This document shows, in pieces, positions 1 through 9,860 of a stretch of DNA of 64,000 nt. The notes beneath the pieces were generated by a model. The model was not told the DNA's origin. It saw only the letters and a list, made by a program, of their open reading frames with translations, and searched no databases. How positions within the stretch are numbered: position 1 is the first letter of the stretch; every line of letters starts with the position of its first letter. A program made the position numbers and the translations under genes. The stretch comes from Magallana gigas (lineage: Eukaryota): contig NC_088857.1 of the NCBI RefSeq assembly GCF_963853765.1, positions 4,836,001 to 4,900,000 on the forward strand, in the 5' to 3' direction.

Positions 1-133
1 TCCATATCATCAGATAGAGAACTATCCTAGAACACAAATATAGCCAAGTAAAATACTGTCTGCATCTAGTTTTTCAAATAAGAATTTGAATGAGAATTTA
101 ATAAGAATTTGAATGAGAATTTAAATAAGAATT

Positions 134-192
<59 letters not shown>

Positions 193-2089
193 TGTGTGTG
201 TTAAAAAAATACCATTGATAAATATCCCAGGTCTGTTAGTGGTTCTCCTTCAAACAAACTCCTAAAATAAAAGAGTTATCACATAAATAATTTTAAAAAC
301 AACTAGCAGAGAAGTGGATTAATTTGCCAACAAATCATCCATATTTTTAACAAAGTGCAAAAACAAATCATCAACTGGCCAAGATTTGCAATAGAAAGAG
401 GGAGAGAGGATAGAGAATCTCTACCTTGGATAATGCATGTAGTGGGGGGAGTCAGGCCTGTAGGTCACAGTGTCTCTGTACAGCGACGGACCTTGAGGCA
501 GAACATGGCTGTCATTCTGTTCATTAGAATAAGAATAATCACTTCTTATGGTTCTCATTATTCACTTTTCTCTTTTCAGATTAAGAAACTTTATTGGCTT
601 GCATTATCTATTTTTACTTTCATTATGGGATTTAAAAAAGGAAAGTTATTTCCTAATGCTGCTGTGGTTGCAATGATGATAATACAAAAACTTGACACTT
701 CAAACTCTACACATTAGGCACACACCTTGAGAATGAATTACTGTGGAATCATTAGATTTCGTGGTGGCTCAATTTTCGTGGAATTCGTGGGTACCTCTCA
801 TCCACGAATTAACATCCTCCACAAATTAATAAATTAGGGTAATAAAGTGATATTTTCTTTGTAGGTTTTATAGAATACACGAAATTACGTCCCCACGAAC
901 CTGTAAAATTTAAGTAATCCACGAAAATTGGCCCCCACGAAATTTAATGATTCCACAGTATTTGACCAGCTTCTGAACATAATTGGTTGATGAAGCATTT
1001 TTTCCATTCATAAACTGTATGTAACTGAACACAATATGCATCACCTTTTTGTTGTACACAACAACTGGGAGATACTGATCCCCATGTCCAATGGTCTGTG
1101 TGGGCCGCTTCATGGAAGTGTCAGCAAGCAGAAGTAAAATTGTCAAAATGGAGTCCATGTCCGATAAGTCCACGTCTTTATCTATGGAAAGATTGATACA
1201 TAACTCACAAAACTATAAGTTGACTGTAAATCTCATAATAAAATACACACAAAAAATTCTAGCTGTTGAATCTGTTGATAGATTAAAAAGCGAAAATAAA
1301 ATTACACATACATATCCTCATGTAATAACAATGTCAAATAAAAACAAAACTGTAGTGCAGATTATCAAGAAGTTTTCTACTTTCATATCATTTACTGCAC
1401 TTCAAATAATTTACTGATTGTAGCAATAATAGGGATGTCAGTGAAGACTTTTCATACTGAAATGATAGTGAAAATGAAAGATAAAAAAAAAAATTGAACC
1501 ATTCTTAAGGTTAGCGAAAAGTTCCTCCAATCTGTCGGCTTTGTCGAACTGTCGTTCTCTGCGTAGATCATGTATGTACTCATACAGCCACAGTTCAGGA
1601 GTCATGGAATGAAACATGTCAAGTCTTTCACTGGAATTAATAAGGCCATTGTTTATTCTCTGTATATCAAATCTCTGCATATTTTCAAACGTAAATATAA
1701 GTAATAAACAGCAATGTTAAAAAGTTCATTGGGATATGAACTTGGTTGCATGTGATCAAATCTTCTGAGAAGCACTTCGGGCTTCACAGAATTTGATCAT
1801 TTGACCAACCAAGTTCATATCCCAATGAACTTTTTTAATTGATGTTTATTTCTTAAATAAACAGACATTATTAGTAGTGTTCTTACTCGTTCTTGAGATC
1901 TCCCAGATGATACTCAAACAGAATGTCATAGAGAGTTCTGACAGCCTTACGCTGGACATTGGACCTGGAGGTCTTTGGTCTGTGTACTGATAATTTGTGA
2001 TCGTCCCTAGCACAGTGGAGAGTACACAGGTGTTTAAACAACTCTGTGATGCTGTTTCCACACGATTCTGCGGTGCCTGTCCACGCCAT
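1..2089 (-). CDS. TUBGCP6: Gamma-tubulin complex component 6-like, N-terminal exons (gene continues beyond the left edge)
   Basis: Phase-consistent exons 2089-1887, 1630-1500, 1181-1045, 516-425, 261-213 and 26-<1 give MAWTG..SITELFKHLC..RKAVRTLYDILFEY..HDLRRERQFDKADRLEELFANL..SILTILLLLAD. This recalls the GCP6 N-terminus (SITQLFDDLC..KADRLEELV..SVLDLLVQLA). The exon-2 donor (G|GTTCAA) is weak. Confidence 0.6.
134..200. repeat. (GA)n then (TG)n microsatellite, preceded by a 23-bp tandem duplication (77-133)
   Basis: Read directly; lies in an intron of the TUBGCP6-like gene. Confidence 0.95.
741..958. mobile_element. MITE with ~40-bp TIRs and TA target duplication (Tc1/mariner-type non-autonomous)
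   Basis: TA|CTGTGGAATCATTAGATTTCGTGG... and ...CCACGAAATTTAATGATTCCACAG|TA; TA at 739-740 and 959-960. Confidence 0.85.
1717..1838. mobile_element. Palindromic (hairpin) element, Crypton/Eulor-like
   Basis: Arms AAAAAGTTCATTGGGATATGAACTTGGTTG and CAACCAAGTTCATATCCCAATGAACTTTTT; the centre reads CCCGAAG on the minus strand. Confidence 0.6.
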
Positions 2090-3358
2090 ACTGATTCTTT
2101 CAAGAATGATGCTTACATTTTTGTTTTACTAATTCCTTACAAATATCAACAATATAGTTCATAATATCGTCTTCCTGTATGAGCTGATTTATGTGAACAT
2201 TGCAAAGAATTGATCTGCTCGGTCTTGTCATAATTTCAAATAAAATTCATCAAACTTTACATTCATTACATAATCCTTGGGAAAGAATATTTAAGATATC
2301 CATACAGAACTATTAATTAGTTCCAACAAAACAATGGAAATGATCCATAATAATTATTAAAATATTGCTGTGAATAACTTTTTTCCGTTCGAGTTAAAGT
2401 TTGTTTACCGCTGAAATATAGAATTTTCCGAATACCGATCCCGAATCAAGCTGTTTTTCCAAACCCGAACTGACACTTGATTCAACGGTTCTCCTCTATG
2501 CATGTGAGATTTCAGCGGAGTTTCGAAGCATTAACTTACATATATACTTATAGTATAATAAACAGTTCCTATTAAACACTTTCTTCTATGATATACGAAG
2601 ACACAAACTGGGATATGGAAATAGGTTATGTAAAATTATACATGTAACGTTATATGTACCGGCTTTTTAAGGACGTTGGGTCCTGCGACTTGAAGTTTTT
2701 TTTCTAAAAATTCAAAACAAAATTTTGGGGTCTATATGCTTGTTTCGATGCTACGGTTAATAAATTTGACCTTTCTGTACTGAAAGTGCAAATTGCACTT
2801 GAATCACTTTTCCCTCTATAATTTTTCATCGGAATGAACCATGGCATCAGCTACAAATTTATACTATTCAAAATAAATAAAATTTGAAACAACACAAAGA
2901 TTTTGACCTTTTTGCATTGACATAACGCTATTTTTAGCCATTGAAAAGTCTAAAACTTTTTCTCAAATTATAATAGACATGTCAATTTAGAAAATTAAAC
3001 CAAAAGTATGGGTCTATGATGTAAAATTTGAGGTATGGCAAGAAATAAGCTAATTTTAAGCAAAATTTGAAGTTCAATTTTCTTGTTTTTTTTTTTTTAA
3101 ATGAAATATCAGTTTAATATGCCAATATACATGTATGTCGATACAAACATTGAAATATTGTTAAAATATGTGTTTTGAAACAACTCGAAGATATCTGAAA
3201 ATTTGATATGCACGGAAAATAAGGAAGGTAAAATTATGGTACTCTAAAACAAAATGTTAATTTTCTTCTTAAAAACCTTCCGCCTCAAAATATAGTCCCT
3301 TACTAAACTCGGTAAATATGTAGTTTACCCTTAATTATTTTATTCAATATAGTTTATT

Positions 3359-3724
3359 TAAGGAATGAATTCAATAGTTTTTAGTTTTATACGATATAAA
3401 ATGGTTTGGGGCAGTTTACGCTTTATAAACCGCAAAGCGGTTTATAAAAAAGCGTAAACTGTTCCAAATCATTTTATATCGTATAAAACTAAAAAATATT
3501 GAATTCATTCCTTATAATTTAATTTATTTGCTATCAATTGTTGATAAAAACGGTCATTTGATCTATAAAATGACATCAAATTGTACAAAATTCAAACATA
3601 ACGTCAGGCGGATTGATACGTTTTTGACGTAAGTCTTACTATGACGTAGGTAACATTCTTTATACGATATAAAATCAACTTTTCAACCAATCAGAAAACG
3701 TGTTACAACCAGAATTAAATTATT
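3359..3724 (+). mobile_element. Hairpin-tail element, Crypton/Eulor-like non-autonomous
   Basis: Palindrome 3359-3514 centred on CCGC-AAA-GCGG. The tail repeats the arm segment TATACGATATAAAAT (3661) and ends AACCAATCAG..TTAAATTAT. Confidence 0.65.
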
Positions 3725-3872
3725 AGGCATTGTAAAATATGAATTAACAAGTGATGCATAATTTTCAGACTAGAAGTGACCCAAAATGGATGCCCAAAAA
3801 CAAAGGAACGAACCTCTTTAAATATTCATACAATATATATAGGAGAAATGAACAATTATAGTTGGCTAACTT

Positions 3873-3974
3873 GTGTCTTTTACTAATTAACAATTTTTAA
3901 TTGCCAATGAGTCCATGACTATAATTAGTCACGGACTCATTGGCAATAAAAAATTGTTAATTAGTAAAAGACAC
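3873..3974. repeat. Near-perfect ~100-bp palindrome with almost no spacer
   Basis: GTGTCTTTTACTAATTAACAATTTTTAATTGCCAATGAGTCCATGACTA-TAAT-TAGTCACGGACTCATTGGCAATAAAAAATTGTTAATTAGTAAAAGACAC. Confidence 0.9.
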
Positions 3975-4149
3975 TTGTAAATAGATTTTGCTTATCACGA
4001 CACACTGATTGCATTTCTGTTACCAACAACGTGTTGCTGATGTGAAATGGCCAGTGAATATTGTAAAAACAGTTAGACCAGTTTGTACAGAAATGGAACG
4101 GCCAAGTAACTGAATTCTTAAGAGTATTTTGTTGTACTTACTTCTTTCA

Positions 4150-4440
4150 CGAAAACTATCGGGGGCCCGCCCCTCCCCTCCCCTCCCCGCACTGTTTGGC
4201 GCAGGAAAGATTTTTCTTAACTATACATATAACAAAATGAATGAACATGGAGTTTCCCCCCACCCTTTTATTGGATCATGTAAAAATGGAATTGGAAATA
4301 AGGAAATAAACAGTAAAATTGAAGTTAAATGTAGACTTCGCACCCCCTCCCCACGGACTAGGATTTAGAAAGTAGCATTGTTTTTTTGTTTTTGTTTTTG
4401 TTTTTTTGGCTTGTAAAGTTAAAAAACGATGCTACGTGCC
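4150..4440. mobile_element. Partial poly-C/G MITE of the same family as 18800-19118
   Basis: Ends AAAAAACGATGCTACGTGCC, identical to the right TIR at 19099-19116; shares internal C-tracts and the AATAAGGAAAT and TAGGATTT motifs. Confidence 0.6.
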
Positions 4441-5016
4441 TCTTTAGAATATCTAAGCATAACTTGCCAATATCAATGTATCTTTAAAAATAAGCATTAA
4501 AAACAGTGTAATTCAGTTGAAGCAAATTTAGTTTTGTTGAACAATAGCTTTCAGTTACTAGTAATTAAAAAACATACGAAAGACGGTGTCATCGAAAGAT
4601 GCATGATAAATGTAAAAATGAAAAGAGTGAAAAATTGAAAACGACTTTAAAATAAGATATTTTTAAAACCATACCATGTACAATCTATTACTCTTGCGAC
4701 AATGGACAAAACAATTGTTCAAATTCTCTGGTACACATTAATTAAAACGTTTTCAATTGGTTTGTTTGATAATTATATTCCAGTGGGCCTACCAGCGTAT
4801 ATAACCCATCAATATCAAATACACCTGTCGTTCGATGACCTCTTCCAATAGCATAACATGGACATATCAAGGCATAATGCTGACTCATGCCACTGCACTG
4901 ATATATCAGAGGACAGATTGGACAATATAAGACGGGTACACGAACAGGTCACAATCCATGAACCGGCCATCAGATACACGCATAATGATTGGTAACTCTC
5001 ATGCTATGACATCACA

Positions 5017-5213
5017 TGACGTCACAGCATCACGCATGCAAAAGAGATGATACGTAATGTTAAATCATAAACGAGGCACTCGCCTCGTTTTGATTACTTC
5101 ATTTAGTACGTAGAAATCTACTGGCAAATTGAACTGTACGGGCTAACCAATCAGATTTGCTAAATATCGGACTGAAATATAAGACAAAAACTTGAAAACG
5201 AAGGGACTATAAA
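5017..5213 (+). promoter_or_regulatory. Proximal promoter of the Gly-rich gene: CRE, CCAAT and TATA
   Basis: TGACGTCA at 5017-5024, CCAATCAG at ~5147 and TATAAAA at ~5207, ~55 bp upstream of ATG 5265. Confidence 0.6.
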
Positions 5214-5264
5214 AGACGTTTAGTGTGGTGATACATCATTCAGATAGCAGGAATACTACGGAAG

Positions 5265-6344
5265 ATGAAGGTAATTTGTGTGTACGCATGAGGACTCGCG
5301 ATACGATTTCATGTATGAAAAGGAAATTAAATATTTGAAAGTGAACACTTTTAAATGGGCGAAAAAGTAAATTTTGAAACACCTTAACAAAAGGGATAGT
5401 TGGTCTAGATTTCCTTGAGAAAAGCTCTGTGGTCCCAAGGGTATAAGAAAATATTTATACAAATTTTAAAGCTAAAATATATGATTTTTTTCAGTTTCTA
5501 GCTTAAAAATCATATCTGAAAATTCTTTTTTACTTATAGTTTTGTGTTCAGTATTGTATTTTTATGATTCTGTGTTTAGGTTGTAAAAGTTTTGTCGCTA
5601 TTGGTCGTTGTGTGTGGCGCCAGTGCCCAGCAGTATCTGTCAGGCGGCCTCATGTCCACACCTTACGTTAGCTTTGACGGTTTAGGGTCGTTAGCAGGAG
5701 GGTCTAGATTTGGACAAGGGTGGATGGGACTCGGAGACTTGTCTACAAACAGTATCATGTCAGGATTTGGACCTCCTCCATCACTCATCGGTGGAGGATT
5801 CGGGCAGAGTATGTTTGGCGGTTTTGGCGAGGCTTTTCCAATGGTATCCGGAGGAATAGGGCAACTTGGTGGCTTTCAGGGGATCAACACGATTGGAGGA
5901 GTGAGTGGTGGTGTAACTGTTGTAGGGGGTATGGAGGGAGGGAGGCTACCCTTTGGGTCCTTCATAGGGCCTGAACCAGGTTTCCTCCAGGGTAACAACG
6001 ACTTTGGCGGACCTGCTGGCGATTCCGGATTTTCCCGAGGCGATATCTCCTGGGGAAGTGATGGAGTCGATCCCGGATTTTCTAGTGGTGGATCTGGATC
6101 TTGGGGAGGACCAACTATGGGTTCTGGATTTTCTAGTGGCGGATCTGGATCTTGGGGAGGACCAACTATGGGTTCTGGATTCTCTAGTGGCGGATCTGGA
6201 TCTTGGGGACAAAGTGTAGATCCCGGATTTTCCTTTGGCGCATCTAATTCTTGGTCAAGCGGCGTCGGAATGAACTCTGGATTTTCCGGTGGATCCTCGA
6301 ACTCGTGGTCACAAGGCTCCTCTTCATCATCACCAATTTATTGA
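5265..6344 (+). CDS. Secreted Gly/Ser/Phe-rich low-complexity protein (256 aa), shell-matrix/shematrin-like composition
   Basis: Exon 1 ATG AAG|GT (5265-5270) plus exon 2 (5580-6344) gives signal peptide MKVVKVLSLLVVVCGASA-QQY. A 51-bp repeat encodes GFSSGGSGSWGGPTMGS (~6076-6208). C-terminus SSSSSPIY; AATAAA at 6382 and 6396. Confidence 0.85.
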
Positions 6345-6450
6345 TCAGCATTGTTGGCGTTTGTTGAATTGTTTCGTTTTTAATAAATTGTAAACAATAA
6401 AAACTATTTATCTGTCCAATATACTCTTATTTTATTCTTGAAGTTTTCTC

Positions 6451-6915
6451 ATGTGGCATGGTCACGATTTTGGTGAAATTTTCTTCTTTTTTTATTGTTT
6501 ACGATGTTTTAGTAATGCACTTGTAATGATCAATCAAAATTTAAGTGTCAATTGTAGAGTTCTAAGCAAGATACAGAGCTCACAATTCTTTGTTATTGAA
6601 ACAAAGCCCGTGCCATGCTTTTTTTTTAAACATTAGTTCAATTAACCCGGTAAAAGTTCTTTTTCAAGCAGAATTTTCTATCTGCTAAATTAGTTTTGAA
6701 CATAGATATACAGTTTCTGGCGTTTGTCACATTCATTTTAAGACTAAACTTGAAATTTTCTTTTTAACACCCAAAATTTAAAAAAGAATTGTGAGTTCTG
6801 TATCTCTCTTATAACTCGACGACTGAAGCTTAATTTTGGTTGACTATCAGAATGCCTTACTGAAGCATTGTAAACATTAAAAAACGGGAAAATGAGTTTT
6901 GAACAAAATCGTGAC
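6451..6915. mobile_element. ~500-bp TIR MITE copy (TTAA-flanked family, Kolobok-like), degenerate
   Basis: Begins GGCATGGTCACGATTTTGGT and ends CAAAATCGTGAC; homologous to 8956-9453. Confidence 0.75.
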
Positions 6916-6917
6916 AA

Positions 6918-7626
6918 AAGTCAACCAAAATTTGAGTGTCAGTCGTCGAGATATAAGCGAAATACAGAGCTCACAGTTCTTTCCTGTATGTAAACAAAGC
7001 TTAGGTCATGTTTTTGTTTCTGAATGATGAAAAGAAATTCCAGGTTTACATGCACCTAAAATGTTATTTAGATATATTTACATTGTCCAGTGTCTTTGAC
7101 TGTGATAACACTATCTATCGATTTTGTACTATATAACCCATAATACAAATGACGCCAAATTGAGGCGCCAGCGGGGTTTGCTTATTTATATTTAAATATT
7201 TAATCCTACGATGGCTTTAAATTATATAAATATAAGAAATAAGGAATCATTCTTTGAATATTATGAGGTGATAATTTCGGTCGGGGCATGATCAAATCTA
7301 TCATAAAGCCCTTCGGGCTTTATTGGATTTGATCAAGCCCCGACCGAAATTATCACCTCATAATACTCAAAAATGATTCCTTATTCCTTATTTAAAACGG
7401 ATAAGCAGACATATAAATCAGCTAGAAAAGAAAAAATACCGGTGTATCGAACCAATGTAAACAAAAACATGGCACGAGCTCTGTTTACATAACAAGGAGT
7501 TTTGAGCTCTGTATCTTGCTTTTAACTCGATGATTGGTTGACCATTAGAAATGCCTTTAATACTAAAGCATTGTATAAAAGCAAAATAGAAAAATGAAAT
7601 TCGACCAAAATCGTGACCATGCCACG
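6918..7626. mobile_element. Second copy of the ~500-bp MITE, 5'-truncated and interrupted by a hairpin element
   Basis: Internal segments match 8956-9453; the right TIR GACCAAAATCGTGACCATGCC is followed by TTAA (7627-7630). Confidence 0.7.
7238..7385. mobile_element. Palindromic hairpin head of a Crypton/Eulor-like element (probable tail ~7100-7237)
   Basis: Arms AATAAGGAATCATT..GAGGTGATAATTTCGGTCGGGGC and their reverse complement; centre GCCC-TTC-GGGC (C-GAA-G on minus). Confidence 0.7.
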
Positions 7627-7630
7627 TTAA

Positions 7631-7945
7631 GGTGGTATAACACATCATCACAAAATGGCCGACCTCTGATCGAAACGGCTTTTCGAATTCGTTTTATCGA
7701 AAGAATTTCCTAACTTACTCCATAGCTGAGTGGATAACGTGTCGGCCTTGTGATCCGTACATCCCGAATTCGAATCCTGCAGGGGCTTTTGTTTTTACTT
7801 ACTAAATTGAATTTTGTTGGATATTCATTTTTTATCCCCAAACTGCAAATTTTCGATTATTTAACATATTTACAGTTTATTTATCAGTTCATCAAATAAT
7901 TTACTATTGATTTGAGTGAATTTTTCCAGGTGTGTTATTCCACCT
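7631..7945. mobile_element. TIR MITE (TTAA-flanked, Kolobok-like) carrying a tRNA-derived cassette
   Basis: TTAA|GGTGGTATAACAC ... GTGTTATTCCACC|TTGA. Confidence 0.65.
7716..7787 (+). pseudogene. tRNA-Thr(TGT)-like degenerate sequence with A and B boxes
   Basis: CTCCATAGCTGAGTGG (A box)..CTTGTGA loop..ATTCGAATCC (B box)..GGGGC; the stems are imperfect. Confidence 0.6.
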
Positions 7946-8955
7946 TGATGATATTATATAAAATGTTTTCTAGGAAGGACATGACCTTTGCGCGGAAATA
8001 ATTATTCTGCAATTATCGCCGACATTAAACCGTTGCATAATATGTTTTATTAAAAGAATACGGATAGTGGCAACAATTTATCGTGTAATCATGCATCAAA
8101 AACACGTGTCAAGATATCATACAGGTATATATTCATGTAAAACCAGAAGAAGATGGGTGTATAAGGCATGTGAAATGTCTATCTAAGGACGGATAAAATA
8201 TTGTAAAATTAAGATATTAGCAAATCTGATCATAGAAAAATCACTTAAAACATTGTATATTCAACATAACATCAATTTGTAACCCTGAAAAACATGAATG
8301 TTCAATACTTGAATTATGTTGATTTAAACTGGGTATGCGTATCAAAGCCCCCAAATAGTGGTGTTTGGTTTTTTTAAGAACTTCAACGCCCTCTTTTTTT
8401 TAAATCGGGCTTGTGCTCCATATTTTTATCATTTGTATCCCAACACAATTGAACTTTTTAGAGAAATAAAATAAGTCATAGAAATTAAAAGAATAAGAGC
8501 AATGACAAATATCCATCCTTAAATCGTTCATCAAAAGACACGTGTCGAGTTATACCGTATGTTAAGCATAGAACTGGGAAAAGACGATTTCATAACTTTT
8601 AGACTCTAATCTGTATAGGAGATGAATATGCAGCCACGCTCTTAGACTCAATAGTTACTTCATCAAATATTTAATTGCAGAAAGAAATTCCTTAGATAGG
8701 TAATTTTTTATTTAATTATTTTTTTCTACAATGCATTCGTCGCTCCCTTTTAATCCGCATGATTCACAAAAAAAGAAGATTTTATTGTTAAAATAATGCA
8801 AATAGTATCAATGAACTTTGACAATGACAATGAACTTTATTCTCATAACTGAATTTACAGTGTAGAGAAAACCACTGTACAATGTAACCATGTTCCTCCT
8901 ATACATGTATTATTGTGGATATGTACAATACTGTAGAGTATTGAGGAACATTTAA

Positions 8956-9453
8956 ATGGGCTTGGTCACGATTTTGGTCAAAAATTATTTTTCCGATTTT
9001 AGTATCTACGATGCTTCAGAAAGGCATTTTAAATAGTCAACCGAAATTTGAGTGTCATTTGTTGAGTTATAAGCGAGTTACAGAGCATGGAATTCTTCGT
9101 TATGTAAACAAAGCATTTGTTCACATTTTGAACGTTGAAATAAAAATTTCAGTTTTAAACCTAAAACAAATGTGTGAAACGTTAGGAACTGTTTATCTAT
9201 GATTAAGATAAATAAAAAGATAGACAAATAAGCTCTAAAAGGATTTTTTACTAGTATATTGAACCTATGTAAACAAAAACAGGTCACGAGCCTTGTTTAC
9301 ATGACAAAGAATTATGAGCCCTGTATCTTGCTTATAACTCTACGAATGACTCCCAAATTTTATTTGTAATGATCATTCGAAATGCATTTCTAAAGCATGG
9401 TAAATAATAAAAACATAAAAATAGAATTTGATCAAAATCGTGACCATGCCCCT
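8956..9453. mobile_element. Full-length ~500-bp MITE with TTAA target duplication (Kolobok-like non-autonomous)
   Basis: TTAA|ATGGGCTTGGTCACGATTTTGGTCAAA ... TTGATCAAAATCGTGACCATGCCCCT|TTAA. Confidence 0.85.
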
Positions 9454-9461
9454 TTAATATA

Positions 9462-9630
9462 CTGGCTAACCGTGAAGTACTAATGCACAAATACGTGCAT
9501 TGTAATAATCAGATATATATTAAAACTTCCCTGCCTTTCTTCTCTGTGTCATTGACGTTACGTGGGAGGGGGTGTAGAATTGGGGACAGGGAAGGGGAAT
9601 CGAGGGGGGTCCCGATCAAAACGAGAATAG
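9462..9630 (-). repeat. ~170-bp dispersed repeat, inverted copy of 19139-19312
   Basis: Shared TTTTGATCGGGACCCCC, CCCTGTCCC, AAAGGCAGGGAAG, TATATCTGATTATTACAA and AGTACTTCACGGT. Confidence 0.8.
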
Positions 9631-9806
9631 CATGAGTTATCCCAACACATAGATAAGCAACTAAGTATTTGGTGTTTTCCTGCATTTTTATTCTTGAAGA
9701 CAACAGTTACTTATATTGTTAGACAGGCTTAACAAAGGACAGCATTGAATGCATTGCAAGCAGAAAGGTAAGAAAAAATATGGCACAGTATAATTCACAA
9801 CATAAC

Positions 9807-9807
<1 letters not shown>

Positions 9808-9855
<48 letters not shown>
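9808..9855. repeat. (TC)n microsatellite
   Basis: Read directly. Confidence 0.95.

Positions 9856-9860
<5 letters not shown>

Noticed and set aside
355-717. 120-aa plus-strand ORF with a strong-looking acceptor at ~580
   Set aside because: It is antisense to the phase-consistent TUBGCP6-like exons and has no recognisable motif.
2668-3302. Possible TTAA|GG...CC|TTA Kolobok-like element
   Set aside because: The termini match for only ~6 bp and no convincing TIR is present.
5720-6219. Alternative-frame ORFs over the Gly-rich gene (SR-like and DL-rich)
   Set aside because: By-products of Gly codon bias and the 51-bp repeat; they have no independent start or splice support.
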